Source of the DNA: a virus
Taxonomy: Duplodnaviria > Caudoviricetes
Length of the DNA: 64,000 nt
Reading direction: 5' to 3' (one strand)
Virus record (IMG/VR): IMGVR_UViG_3300010352_001202
Under the pieces are notes generated by a model. That model was not told the DNA's origin and did not search any database. It saw only the letters and a list, made by a program, of their open reading frames with translations. The translations under genes and the position numbers were made by a program. This document shows, piece by piece, positions 39,227-50,226 of this stretch (the first letter of the stretch is position 1; the number at the start of each line of letters is the position of its first letter).

Positions 39227-39432
39227 TGGCCTACACTGTGTTTCAACGCGACGAACGCTATGGCCCTCGCAAAGGGCTGGAAGGCCCGTTCACTTACGGC
39301 AACGGACGAATCCTGTACTATGATCCTGCGGAAGGCAAGTACTGGGATCCGCGAACCGACTTCTTTGTGGACAACGGCGAGTTGGCAGACCTGCAAGGTC
39401 TGCCAATCAAGAAACTTCAGGGAACGAAATAA
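39226..39432 (+). CDS. conserved phage hypothetical protein
   Basis: GLEGPF...LYYDP.EG.Y.DP.TD. Confidence 0.7.
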   Translation: MAYTVFQRDERYGPRKGLEGPFTYGNGRILYYDPAEGKYWDPRTDFFVDNGELADLQGLPIKKLQGTK

Positions 39433-39659
39433 TGGCAGCTACCGCAACCTATACTTGCCGATGCGGTAAGGATTTCACGGCAAGAACTGCCGATCGAAAT
39501 CGCGGTTGGGCAAGGTTCTGTTCCAAGAGATGCAAGGCAGTGGAGCAAGAGTCTCGCACTGGTCAACACAGAGCCTTCCTTGCACGGACCGAGGTAGACG
39601 AGGGGTTGGAAGGCCTTGAAGCTGGCTGGGACGGGCACAAGAACGTTTTCTGATAGTTG

Positions 39660-39707
39660 TTGACAACAGCATCCTGTGGCTGCATAATACAGACATCGCA
39701 ACAAGGA
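39660..39707 (+). promoter_or_regulatory. early promoter cassette
   Basis: TTGACA-N17-CATAAT-ACAGACATCGCAACAAGGAG. Confidence 0.85.
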
Positions 39708-40441
39708 GTCACTCATGCAAATCGACGACGACGGCCGTGGTAACTGCCCCGGCAATCCGATTGCTGCTGTGTTGGACATCGAAGCACGAAACAAGGCCAA
39801 CATCGGCAACTTCACTGCTGCGCAGAAGCTACTGGCGCAGCGACTGAATGTGTTGGTGGCCGCTGCCTACAACTGCAAGACCTATCCGCCGAACTATCGC
39901 GGGAAGGAAATCACTGTCAAGGCCGAAAACTGGCACCGACAAGTGGAGCCGCAGTACGCCCAACTGGTGGCTTTCTGTGATGCCAACAGCATCAAGTGCC
40001 GCCGTACCACAACCAGCGCGGACATCTTCGTCATATCATGAGCATCTACATCAACTACAAGGGCGGTGAAGGCAAGGAAACCGTCGACGAGTTCGACAAC
40101 CGCAAGGAAGCCGAGCTGGCGCTGAAGGAATACAAAGCGTCGGACAAGGTTGGCGAATACTGGATCAGTCCGCGGCCGTGCGCTGGTTGGGAGAAGTCAT
40201 GAGCGAAATGCTTGTCCATCAAAGCAATCTCCTGTTCGCCCTCCGTGCGGCGATTGTCGACCAGCGTCGGGTTGAAAAGGATCACGGATTCACAGGTGAC
40301 TCTGCGTTGGTGGCCAGGTGGGAAGCCATGTACAAGCATGTCCAACTCGGAGGTCAGATTCACATTATGGCTTCCAAAAGTTAGTTGACAATCCCACCCT
40401 GATCAGCTAATATAAACACACTGCACAAACAGGAGCCACAG

Positions 40442-40783
40442 ATGGGACTCGTAGTTTCGGTTTACAAGAACCCGATGGGAGATTGCACCAACGGTGGCAT
40501 TTCCAGCCGGGATACTCAACTGCTGCTGATCAATGTCTCCGGCCCGACGGACAACGACCACCCCGAGTACCAGAAGGCCTTGCTGATCCCCGGCAACGGC
40601 AGGGGCCTGGTGAAGATCGTTCCGGCACGCCGCGTGCCTGCAGGCTGGGTGAAAGACGATGGCTGGTACATGATGGGCGGCAACTATGCGGCCACTTCCG
40701 ACAGCCGCTTCCACGAAGCTGTTCGTCTGATCACCGGCGGCCAGTCCTACGGTGCCGTCCCCATCCACGATCGCAAGGAGTAA
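40442..40783 (+). CDS. conserved phage hypothetical protein
   Basis: DCTNGGISS...MMGGN...SDSRF...PIHDR. Confidence 0.75.
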   Translation: MGLVVSVYKNPMGDCTNGGISSRDTQLLLINVSGPTDNDHPEYQKALLIPGNGRGLVKIVPARRVPAGWVKDDGWYMMGGNYAATSDSRFHEAVRLITGGQSYGAVPIHDRKE

Positions 40784-41047
40784 GAACATGACAATGACTG
40801 TGAATGAATTGGCCGACCACATCCAGGAACTCAAGGATGCCGGCCACGGTGACAAGGAAGTGATGTTTTCGTACAACTACGGAGACCACTGGAGCACTCA
40901 GGTGGCCGTTGGCGCGAATCCGGGTGAAGTCGCCCGGGTGAAGTACAGCGAATACCACCAGATGGACAAGCTCGTGAACAACGCCGACGAGTTCGACGAA
41001 GACGCGCCTGTCGAAGGCCGCGAAGTCATCTTGCTTTCGTAAACAGG

Positions 41048-41096
41048 TAGACAGCCGGCCATCCTGCCTGCATAATACAGACATCGCAACAAGGAG
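41048..41096 (+). promoter_or_regulatory. early promoter cassette
   Basis: TAGACA-N17-CATAAT-ACAGACATCGCAACAAGGAG. Confidence 0.85.
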
Positions 41097-41102
41097 TCAC
41101 AA

Positions 41103-41603
41103 ATGGCAACAGCCAAGGAACGCGCAATCGAACTTTACAACCAGCACATCGCGCTGGCGGCAACGGATGGCCGCAACTTCCGCAAGACGGTGATGGACAC
41201 GCTGATGGCGGAAACTGGCTGTTCCTTGGCGGCGGCTGCCACGCACTACAACAACGCCAAGAAGGCTGCGCCGGTCGAAGGCCTGGGCCGTGCACCGGTT
41301 CCCAAGGGCATCCGCAAGCCGGGAAGTGGCAAGGCGAAACCCGGCAACGATCTGCAACCCGACAACGAATGCTTCGCGGTTGTCGAGGTGCTGAAGGATG
41401 GCACGGTTGGCCGTACGCAAACCTTCCTGATGCAGGGCGATGCCAGCGAAAAGTACGACGAGAAGGTCGGCTACCGCCCCGACATCCAGTGGGTCATGCT
41501 GCAAGGCCTGGGTCCCATGTCCGGTGACAACTTCAAGCTGGAAGCCGGCGAGAAGATCATCAAGCAGAATCCCGAACCCAAGATTGAAAAGGTGACGGCG
41601 TGA
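41103..41603 (+). CDS. putative DNA-binding protein (ASAATxYN family)
   Basis: FRKTVM..L....G.SLAAAATHYNNAKK...LGR. Confidence 0.75.
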   Translation: MATAKERAIELYNQHIALAATDGRNFRKTVMDTLMAETGCSLAAAATHYNNAKKAAPVEGLGRAPVPKGIRKPGSGKAKPGNDLQPDNECFAVVEVLKDGTVGRTQTFLMQGDASEKYDEKVGYRPDIQWVMLQGLGPMSGDNFKLEAGEKIIKQNPEPKIEKVTA

Positions 41604-41932
41604 ACAAGCGCGAACGCATTCATCGGGCACTGGTGCTCGCGAAGGCTCACCTCTCCAAGACCTACAGTATCGGCTCCAAGGAGCAGTTCATCTGCTTCGC
41701 ACTGTACAAGACTGTCGGGTTTGGAAGGAGCACCTACGGTGACTACCTTCTTGCCAAGGAGATGGTCATGGAACGGCTGGGACACTTCAACTGTGTCGAA
41801 GACTGGCTAAGGACAGAAGGCGTTGGCTTCAAGTCCTACTATGCGGCCAAGGAAAAGGACCAGGATGTCGTCCAGAAGTATCGCCATCGCTGGCTGGATG
41901 CATTGATTGAGGAGTTTTCAAAACCTGCTTGA
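41600..41932 (+). CDS. hypothetical protein
   Basis: FIC.AL...YR.RWLD.LI.EF. Confidence 0.65.
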   Translation: MNKRERIHRALVLAKAHLSKTYSIGSKEQFICFALYKTVGFGRSTYGDYLLAKEMVMERLGHFNCVEDWLRTEGVGFKSYYAAKEKDQDVVQKYRHRWLDALIEEFSKPA

Positions 41933-41987
41933 CAGGGTTCATCCTCCCTGTTATAGTAAGACACTGGTTAGGTAGATAAATAGTTGT

Positions 41988-42563
41988 ATGAAATACTACA
42001 CCTATATCTACTTCGACCCGTCAAGGAACAATGAGCCAATCTATGTAGGTAAAGGATCCGGTAGAAGATCTACTTACCACCTCAAGCGTAAGAAAAAGAA
42101 GCATCCGTTTATCCAGCGGTTAGAGCTAATGGAGAGAGCGGGAATCGCTCCGCTGATTCGGCGTATAGATACATTCGACGAAGAATGTGCCTATGAAATA
42201 GAAATGGAGTTTATTGCTTTCTTTGGAAGAAAAGATCTCGGGAAAGGCCCGCTACTCAATCTAACAGACGGAGGCGGCAAGAACTCCGGTGGTAGGTTAA
42301 CCGAAGAACATAAAAAGAAAATCGGTGATGCTCATCGTGGCAGAACTTTGTCCGATGCGCAAAAGGAAAAAGTCTCAGAGTCTGTTTCCGATTATCTTCA
42401 AAAAAATAAAAGAGTATGGAGTCAGGAAACAAAAGAGAAGATTTCCAAGAAACTTCAAGGACATGTGTTCTCTGCCGAAACTAAGGCTAAACTAAAAGAA
42501 GCCCAGCGTAAACGCAGAGAAAGAGAGAGGTTGACAGCAGACACAGAGTCAGTTATACTTTAG
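41988..42563 (+). CDS. GIY-YIG homing endonuclease
   Basis: YYTYIY.DP...PIYVGKG..RR; NLTDGG; GATAAATA upstream. Confidence 0.88.
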   Translation: MKYYTYIYFDPSRNNEPIYVGKGSGRRSTYHLKRKKKKHPFIQRLELMERAGIAPLIRRIDTFDEECAYEIEMEFIAFFGRKDLGKGPLLNLTDGGGKNSGGRLTEEHKKKIGDAHRGRTLSDAQKEKVSESVSDYLQKNKRVWSQETKEKISKKLQGHVFSAETKAKLKEAQRKRRERERLTADTESVIL

Positions 42564-43406
42564 TCAGTGGTTAGGGATCTTCCACATCTAAGATCCCGCG
42601 TGATAGAGAAGAGAGTTACACCATGCAATCGATGGCATTCATCAAGTACGCCAAGGAACTGATCACCAAGATCAATGTGGGCACCTCGCCCATGAGCACC
42701 CTCGAAGAAGACCGGGCCTGGGCCAACGGCGTCCAGAAGGAACTGAACAGCTTGTTCGGTGGCCTCCAGAACCCGACGCTCCCGAGCGCCTTCAACCTGC
42801 GCGACACTGCGCTGGCCAACGGCTTCCAGGTGGACCCGCGTGTCCTGCAGCGCCTGGCGAGCTTCGAGCACATCACCGGCTGATGTCATGGACGGCTGGA
42901 TCATCGTCGGCCTAACGATACTGGCAATCGGCGCCATCTATTTCGTCGTCCTGGGGTCTTTTGCGCTCCTGGATCTGATGAACGAGATCTACCACGGCCC
43001 GAATACCGGTGCGTTGATGCTGGCGAAGATCCTGCTGCTCCTCCCATACATCGCACTGACGCTCTGGTGCGTCGTGCTTCAGATCGTCATCGCCATCTTT
43101 GCGATCTTCACAGGGTACCAAATCCTGAAGGGTGTACGCGACTGGTGGCACAAGGGGTGAAACATGAGTAGCACTCAATCCATCATCGTGTACCACAACC
43201 CTGCCCAGCAGGCATTTTGGGAGGGCGGTTACCTGATCCCGATCGGTGGTTCCCTCCTCGCAGGCATGCTGCTCTTCATCGGGCTGCTGACGCTTGCGGA
43301 ACGCTTCCTCGGGAATAGCCGTGTCAACTGGTTCATCATGTTGGCCTCGGCAACGGCTTCCGTTTCACTTGCCGTGCTTGTGTTCAACTGGCTATTCATT
43401 TAGCGG

Positions 43407-43450
43407 TAGACATGCGGCTCCTGTTGCCGCATAATACATACATCGCAACA
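43407..43450 (+). promoter_or_regulatory. early promoter cassette
   Basis: TAGACA-N17-CATAAT-ACATACATCGCAACA; spacer ATGCGGC/GCCGCAT. Confidence 0.85.
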
Positions 43451-43467
43451 CAAACAGGGCACACAAA

Positions 43468-45036
43468 ATGAACGCTCCTTTCAAACTTTCCGCGCAACAG
43501 ACTGCGGTCGATGCGTGGGTCCTGGAAGGTACCGGTTCGCTGGAACTGGTTGCCCGTGCTGGTTGCGGCAAGACCTCCACGCTGATGGTTGTCATCGACA
43601 CCATCGTGCGCAACCGCCTGGGCGATGTGGCTGTGATGGCCTACAACAAGAGCATCGCCACCGAAATCAAGGGCAAGCTCGAAGCCGCTGGCTACGACTG
43701 GAAGGCTGCGCAAGCGGGTACCGTCCACTCCTTCGGCTACGGCGCGTGGCGCAAGGTTGCCCCGGAAGCCAAGCTGAACGCCAAGAAGGTGTTCGAAATC
43801 ATCGACGCGCAGAAGTTCACGGAAGGCGCTGAAATCTTCGAGCAGTGCGGCGCAGCGATCGCCAAGCTGGTTGGCTACGCGAAGCAACGCGCCGTCGGAC
43901 ACCTGTGCCCCTTGGATGACCAGTCCGTCTGGTACGATATGTGGGATCACTTCGACCTGGAGAACGATGTCACTGAAGGTTGGACGGACGAACAGGTCAT
44001 CAAGGCGGCGCAGTACATCTACCGCATCAGCCTGAATAGCTGCCGTGAAGTCATCGACTTCGATGACATGATCCTGGCTCCGCTGTACTTCAAGGCTCGT
44101 TTCTGGCCCAAGAAGTGGGTGCTGGTTGACGAGTCTCAAGACACCAACCCGGCGCGTCGTGCGCTGGCGCTGGCGATGCTGGCTCCGCGTGTGGGACGCA
44201 TGATCTTCGTTGGCGATCCGTGCCAAGCGATCTACGGTTTCACCGGTGCTGACTCCAACTCCATGGATCAGCTGCGCCAAGCTACCAAGGCTACCACCCT
44301 GCCGCTGACGCTGACTTATCGTTGCCCCAAGAACATCGTCAAGGAAGCTCAACGCCTGGTTCCGGACATCGAAGCACACGAAACTGCACCGGACGGCGTG
44401 GTGCGTGCAACGACCTACATGGAAATGATGGAGAAGGAGCAGCTGACTCGTGAAGATGTCATCCTGTGCCGCAACACCGCTCCGCTCATCCAGACTGCCT
44501 ATTCGCTGCTGGCGCGCGGAACTGCATGCCGCGTCGAAGGGCGTGAAATCGGCGAAGGCCTTGCCAAGCTGGCATCCCGCTGGAGGATCACCACGCTGGC
44601 CGCGCTGACGAACAAACTCGACGACTACGAAGCCCGGATGACTGCAAAGTTCATGTCCAAAGGGCAGGAAGAGAAGGTCGGTGCGCTGGTGGATCAGATC
44701 GATTGCCTCCGCGTGCTGATCACCCGCTGCCAAGGCCAAAACAAGCACAACCTGTCCGACCTGCTGCAGGAAATCGACACGATGTTCGGCAACACTCCGG
44801 AAGGCGAAAAGGCCAAGGTGCTGACGCTTTCCACCATCCACAAGTCCAAGGGGCGCGAATGGAAGCGGGTGTTCCTGCTGGGTCGCAGCACTTTCATGCC
44901 CAGCCCGTATGCACGGAAGGACTGGCAAATGGTCCAGGAATCGAACCTGGAATATGTCGCAATCACCCGGGCACAGTGCGAATTGATCGATGTTACGGCA
45001 CCCCCTAAGGGTCAGACCAAGCCCGCCGGAAAATAA
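43468..45036 (+). CDS. UvrD/Rep-family SF1 DNA helicase
   Basis: ARAGCGKT, VDESQD, VGD..QAIYGF.GA, YRCP, STIHKSKG.EW, YVAITRA. Confidence 0.93.
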   Translation: MNAPFKLSAQQTAVDAWVLEGTGSLELVARAGCGKTSTLMVVIDTIVRNRLGDVAVMAYNKSIATEIKGKLEAAGYDWKAAQAGTVHSFGYGAWRKVAPEAKLNAKKVFEIIDAQKFTEGAEIFEQCGAAIAKLVGYAKQRAVGHLCPLDDQSVWYDMWDHFDLENDVTEGWTDEQVIKAAQYIYRISLNSCREVIDFDDMILAPLYFKARFWPKKWVLVDESQDTNPARRALALAMLAPRVGRMIFVGDPCQAIYGFTGADSNSMDQLRQATKATTLPLTLTYRCPKNIVKEAQRLVPDIEAHETAPDGVVRATTYMEMMEKEQLTREDVILCRNTAPLIQTAYSLLARGTACRVEGREIGEGLAKLASRWRITTLAALTNKLDDYEARMTAKFMSKGQEEKVGALVDQIDCLRVLITRCQGQNKHNLSDLLQEIDTMFGNTPEGEKAKVLTLSTIHKSKGREWKRVFLLGRSTFMPSPYARKDWQMVQESNLEYVAITRAQCELIDVTAPPKGQTKPAGK

Positions 45037-45060
45037 CCGGGGTCGATCTTCAAGCAGGAG

Positions 45061-45103
45061 TTGACAGCTAAACTCAACTCCTGCACAATACAGACATCGC
45101 AAC
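45061..45103 (+). promoter_or_regulatory. early promoter cassette
   Basis: TTGACA-N17-CACAAT-ACAGACATCGCAAC. Confidence 0.8.
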
Positions 45104-45127
45104 ACATCAGCAAGCAAGAGTCGAAAC

Positions 45128-45646
45128 ATGAACCTTGTCCGCCGCCTGAATGCACTTGGCAAAGAAATCAACGCCAGGTACGAAAACATCAACTGCGGTG
45201 GGTGCGCCGTCTATGCTGCACTGGTAGCTGAAGAGCTTGTGAAGCTCGGGGTGAATGTGCGAGGCATCACTGCATCCTACCGCATGCGTGCCGATTTGGA
45301 CATCGACAAGGTGCGTCCGAAAATCACCAAGGGCAATCCCCGAGAGTGGAGCGACAACGGCGTCTTCTTCGGCCATGTCGGCCTGGAGTTCGAGCACAAC
45401 GGCAAGCTGAGGCACTACGACTCCAACGGTGTGAAAGCTAAAGGTACTCGCCTGATGGAACTACCCATCTACAACGGCCGCCTGACTCCGAAGGAGTTGA
45501 AGACCATTGCCGGCACCGACGAGGGTTGGAACACAACTTTCAATCGGCGGCACATTCCTACCATCCGGCGTATGGTGAAGGAGCACATGGCAAAGGTGGA
45601 TATGTCTCCATCAAAAGGTCGACGGCAGGCTCCTGCTGCTGCATAA
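45128..45646 (+). CDS. hypothetical protein (possible Cys-His-Asp fold)
   Basis: INCGGC..YA, GHV, YDS. Confidence 0.6.
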   Translation: MNLVRRLNALGKEINARYENINCGGCAVYAALVAEELVKLGVNVRGITASYRMRADLDIDKVRPKITKGNPREWSDNGVFFGHVGLEFEHNGKLRHYDSNGVKAKGTRLMELPIYNGRLTPKELKTIAGTDEGWNTTFNRRHIPTIRRMVKEHMAKVDMSPSKGRRQAPAAA

Positions 45647-45662
45647 TACAGACATCGCAACA
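45619..45662 (+). promoter_or_regulatory. early promoter cassette
   Basis: TCGACG-N17-CATAAT-ACAGACATCGCAACA. Confidence 0.75.
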
Positions 45663-46267
45663 CAAACAGGACGCAAGTCATGTACACCAAGGACCAGATC
45701 GAAGAAATCCCGACGGGCTGGAGCATCAACATCCTGGATCCGGATGGCCACTGCATCGCCGTGCTGGACTTCATCATGGTCCCGGGCCAGCGGTACACCG
45801 AATATGTAGAGCAATCGCTGAATGTCCGTGCCGACGCCCTCCTGTCCCACCTCAACCGCTGAACATCATGCCGAAAATCGCAACGCTGAACGAGCGGCCA
45901 GCCGAAGAAGAGGCTGTCACGCGCCAGACCGAAACCTTCCTGAAGTCGGCCCAGGCCATCCTGAAGTCGAAGGGTTTTATCCGCGTGGATGCGCGCCTGC
46001 AGAGCGCCATGTTTCACTGGGAGTTCAAGAAGGGAGACCGCATCCTGGTCATCACCGGATGGCACGGCACCGGCAAGCGAGGCACCAGCCGCTGGTTTGG
46101 CAACCTGAAGGCCATCCTGAGCATCTACGACAACAAGGCCTATGTGGATACGGCCATGGCGCGCTGGAAACGCGATCAGATCTTCGACATGGATGTCCTG
46201 GAAGGCACGGTCGCCGACCACACCAAGCTCCTGATCGAAGCTGCCAACTACATCACGAAAGTCTGAT

Positions 46268-46699
46268 ATGAGCAAAGATGTTTCCGAACTCCTGGATGCC
46301 TATATGGCGCAGGAGAATATGCACCACATGGAAGGTCGGCGCGGGGTGGAAAACCTGTGCCAAATCGCCAGGGCATTGGGCTACAAGGACCCGATGTGCT
46401 ACGGGCAACTGACCGCCAAAGCAACAATCGGCGATCTTCTCTGCATGCTGGAAGACAACAGCGGCATGATCGAAGCCATGGTGGAGTGGATCCGTGATCG
46501 CAACTTCAGCGAGTTCCGCGAGCCGCTGGAAGCCCTTGTGAAGGTGGAGGGGGCGGCTGTGGACCAATACGAGGGCGGAGTCTGCCCCGACTGCGGCGAA
46601 GAGATCAATCCGACTGCCGTGCGTGGCGATGAATGCGACAACTGCGGCCATGTTTTCAACTGGGGAGAAAGCGATGACACGACTGCCGACGGACGCTGA
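46268..46699 (+). CDS. hypothetical protein with C-terminal Zn ribbon
   Basis: CPDCG...CDNCG. Confidence 0.65.
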   Translation: MSKDVSELLDAYMAQENMHHMEGRRGVENLCQIARALGYKDPMCYGQLTAKATIGDLLCMLEDNSGMIEAMVEWIRDRNFSEFREPLEALVKVEGAAVDQYEGGVCPDCGEEINPTAVRGDECDNCGHVFNWGESDDTTADGR

Positions 46700-46842
46700 A
46701 ATCCAGCGCGTGATGGATGAAACCGGGATGCAATACATCCAGGCCCGCAACCACCTCGTGCAACGCTATTCGATCCAGGACAAGGCGGCCCGAGAACGGA
46801 ACCCTTATCCGCTGGGGAAGAGTGTTTCGTTGGAAGTATGAC

Positions 46843-47292
46843 ATGAAGAAACTTCTCATCCTTTCATTGCTGGCTGCTGCTGGTGCTGCGTCCGCAATTG
46901 TGGTAATTCCGGCGCGACCGGTGTTCATTGCCCCGCGTCCCATCATCATTCCTGCACGCCCTGCGCCTGTGGCGCCGAAGCCCGCCGGCCCTGCGCCTGT
47001 GCATGCTACACCTGAACCTGCTCACCCTGCTGGCGCTGCTGCAGGGGGCGGAAAAGGTGGTGGCTCCGTGCCTCCTCCAAAGGGCCCGGGCGGCAACAAC
47101 GACCACGAATCCAACGGCGGCTCTGGACGAAACAGTGTCGGGCCTGCAACGAACATCGGGCCTGCAACGAACATCGTGCCTCCACCCGTCTACAACCATC
47201 ACACAGCCTCGCATCCTGCGGTGGCGCGTGCCGCAAGCTCTCCCGAGGACGCTGCATCGGCGGCGAAACGAAAGAAGAAAAAGACCGGTTGA
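46843..47292 (+). CDS. secreted Pro/Ala/Gly-rich protein
   Basis: Signal peptide; PARP/PRP repeats; GPATNI x2; KRKKKK end. Confidence 0.6.
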   Translation: MKKLLILSLLAAAGAASAIVVIPARPVFIAPRPIIIPARPAPVAPKPAGPAPVHATPEPAHPAGAAAGGGKGGGSVPPPKGPGGNNDHESNGGSGRNSVGPATNIGPATNIVPPPVYNHHTASHPAVARAASSPEDAASAAKRKKKKTG

Positions 47293-47332
47293 CGGGTTGC
47301 TCCTGTGGTGTCATAATACAGACATCGCAACA
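47289..47332 (+). promoter_or_regulatory. early promoter cassette
   Basis: TTGACG-N17-CATAAT-ACAGACATCGCAACA. Confidence 0.8.
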
Positions 47333-47879
47333 CAAAACGGCCAGCAAAATGAAAGAGCTGATGACGCGCCAGGAATTCATCCGATACGCTCACGAAGCGT
47401 TGGATGCTGATGCGCTGGAAGGGCTGTACGAACGCATCTCCGAGCACAACGGCGAAGTGGCACGCTTCGGCGACAGCTGGCCTGGCGCCCTCGTTCAAAT
47501 CCACTCTTCGATTGCCTGGGTAAAGGGCATCGAGCGTCAGCTGGCTCGGTTGGAAAATCGGCCGGAACGCAACTTCCGTTTCTGCGTTAGCTCGCCCCGC
47601 TGATATGACCGCTCCGCACACAATCTTCATAGTCCTTGCAATGATCGCTTTCGCGACAGGGCACTGGATTATCGGCATCCTGTTGGCAATCATTGCCTTT
47701 GGCTAAGATCACTATGAAACGCAGACGAACATAACACGATGGAGATCGTGAGGGATCAAATCTGAAACATTGATCGGTGGGCTGCGTTTCTGAACTTGGT
47801 TTTGAACCCACCACCCACTTTCCAGGTAAAAGCGTAATCTCCAAACACCGGTCAAAACGCTGCCGGTTTCATTTAGTAG

Positions 47880-47926
47880 TTGACAGGATCCGTCCTGTCA
47901 TGCATAATACATACATCGCAACAAGG
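47880..47926 (+). promoter_or_regulatory. early promoter cassette
   Basis: TTGACA-N17-CATAAT; spacer TGACAGGA/TCCTGTCA. Confidence 0.85.
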
Positions 47927-47932
47927 ACACAG

Positions 47933-48436
47933 ATGAAATACGCCACTCTTGTCAATGCTGTCGCCAACATCAACGGCGCAAGCTTCGTTGGTTTGGACAC
48001 GCACACCGATGTCGCCCTGACCGGCGGCCAGAAGAATCCGATGCAAGGGCGTGTCACGAAGCGCATGCGAGGTGCGACCGTGATGTCCTTCCAGAACAAG
48101 AACTTCAGCGCCTACGAAGCCATGGTGCATCGCCGGCTGGCTGCCGAAGGCAAGGATCCGGCCAAGTTCGAACTGGGCGAGCGCGCCTGGGGTGTTCGCA
48201 TTCCGAACATGCCCATTGTCGAACACAAGGGTGAATACTACCTGGAAGTGATTGCGATGTCGCCGGGCATCATCACTTACGAACTGGATGGCAACCCGAT
48301 CGATGCATCGGCCATCATCGGCCTGAAGAGTCAATCTGCTGGCGAACAAGGTGGATTGGAAAACAAAGTCATCATCCGCACATTCAAGGCAGAGTCCATT
48401 GTGGCTCTTCGGATTGACGGAGTGGAATATAAATAA
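47933..48436 (+). CDS. conserved phage hypothetical protein
   Basis: NP..GRVTK...Y...V.RRL..EGK. Confidence 0.75.
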   Translation: MKYATLVNAVANINGASFVGLDTHTDVALTGGQKNPMQGRVTKRMRGATVMSFQNKNFSAYEAMVHRRLAAEGKDPAKFELGERAWGVRIPNMPIVEHKGEYYLEVIAMSPGIITYELDGNPIDASAIIGLKSQSAGEQGGLENKVIIRTFKAESIVALRIDGVEYK

Positions 48437-48439
48437 AGT

Positions 48440-49033
48440 GTGAACTACCGAAAAATATACGATGCTCTAATAGAAAGAGCACAAAATAGAACAATAACGG
48501 GTTATGTGGAGAAACACCACATAACCCCTCGGTGTTTGCAGGGTTCCAATAATCCCGAAAATATAGTGATTCTCACCGCAAGAGAACATTATATCGCACA
48601 TCTTCTTCTCATAAAAATATATCCAGGAAATCCCAAGCTGGTATATGCTGCCGCAATGATGTGTTCTGCCTCGGGCAGATTGCAAAGGTCCAACCGACTT
48701 TATGAGAGGTTGAAGATTGCCCGCTCTGCGGCGATGTCTGAGCTTCATAAGGGTAAGATTGTAAGTGAAGACACGCGACAAAAGCTACGAGAAAAGAATA
48801 AGAACTACCGTCCCGCCGAAGATGCTAAAAGGCGCAGTCGAGAAGCACAAATCGGGCACAAGACCTCGGAAGAAACTAAAAAGAAAATCTCTATTTCAAA
48901 TACCGGCGGAAAGTCTAGAAAAGGTCAAGTCTGGATGACAAATGGCATAGAAAACACAAGCATCTATCCAGAACATATTCAAGATTGGCTGACCAGAGGA
49001 TGGAGGAAAGGCCGGTCTGCATTCAAAAAATAG
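48440..49033 (+). CDS. HNH homing endonuclease
   Basis: EKHHI.PRC..G.N...N...LT.REH..AH.LL; W..NG/GW..GR tail. Confidence 0.9.
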   Translation: MNYRKIYDALIERAQNRTITGYVEKHHITPRCLQGSNNPENIVILTAREHYIAHLLLIKIYPGNPKLVYAAAMMCSASGRLQRSNRLYERLKIARSAAMSELHKGKIVSEDTRQKLREKNKNYRPAEDAKRRSREAQIGHKTSEETKKKISISNTGGKSRKGQVWMTNGIENTSIYPEHIQDWLTRGWRKGRSAFKK

Positions 49034-49073
49034 TTGACCACAGGAGGTAACTCCTGCATAATACATACATCAC
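49034..49073 (+). promoter_or_regulatory. early promoter cassette
   Basis: TTGACC-N17-CATAAT-ACATACATC; spacer CAGGAG/CTCCTG. Confidence 0.8.
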
Positions 49074-49305
49074 AAAACAAATCACTGAAAGACATCATGA
49101 CCATCCTCGCACTCTACGCAAGCAAGAAAGACCTCAAGGCCGCGGTGGGGCAACCCCTGCGCTACCAGGAGACCAGCGCCTTCGGACCCGAATACCGCGC
49201 AACTGGCAGGTTCTCGGTGGCAGGTCGACCCCACCTGTCCCGTATCTGCAAGCGCGAGTTCTTCGCAGAGGTTGTCATGGAAGACGGAAAGATTTCAAAG
49301 GTATC

Positions 49306-49354
49306 TTGACTGCAGGACCCAACTCCTGCATAATACATACATCGCAGCAAGGAG
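49306..49354 (+). promoter_or_regulatory. early promoter cassette
   Basis: TTGACT-N17-CATAAT-ACATACATCGCAGCAAGGAG. Confidence 0.85.
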
Positions 49355-50226
49355 TCAACAAAATGGGCATCGCTGAACTGGCAAAGGAATACGGTGTGCG
49401 GAATCTTCGGATCTTCGCACCGATGTCCAAACTCCAGTACGCAGGCATCATCCCGGGAATTGCTTTCCGTGTGGGCGGCAATCCGGAAGAGGATACTGAA
49501 TGCGTGATCAACGAATCCCGCTACAAGGTGGAAGAAGGCTACAAGGTCACGCTGCGGGCACTGAAACCCGAGTACGGCCAGGACCACTTCTACCAATCAG
49601 ATTTCGATACGATGTGCGACGGCAAGGAACGCTATCGCATCTATGTCCTCAACATCGACGGTTACCAAAGGATCGCATAGCCATGTTCACTTCCGGCCAA
49701 ATCTTCCTCTTCATGCTGTTCTTCGTGGTGCTCACCGGTGCCTGCGCGTCGATGGGTGCAACGGTGCTGGCATACACATTCGGCATCTGCGGCTGCCTGA
49801 CCTTCTGCGCCTCCCTTGTGCGCTACCTGAACGGACAATGAAATGAGCAAGCTCACTGACGCAATCGAACAGAACATGCTGGACATGGTGGCCCGCTCCG
49901 CGGCGCTGGCCAATCCGCAGACGACACTGGACACCCAGAAACTCATCCAGCTGATCTACGCCCAAGCGAGAACGGCGGACATGTGGATCCAGCAGTGGGA
50001 ACAGTACAAGGATGTCGGCGGCGTGCGCAACGCATCCCTGGCCATCGGCAAGATCTTCGGCATCTACAATGCCCTGCTGGCGTTGAACGGTGGCGGAATG
50101 AATGCTCCGGATGATGTGATCGAACTGATGCAGAAGTATCAGACCATCTGGAACGACTTGTACATTTCGAAGACGATTGCAAGTGCAATCGCCGCGCACG
50201 GATAAACCCCAACCCAAGGAAACATC

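Noticed and set aside
43396-45192. 598-aa minus-strand ORF (also 32653-33852 and 51026-52354)
   Set aside because: Antisense shadows of GC3-biased helicase, ATPase and SprT genes; no motifs or promoters
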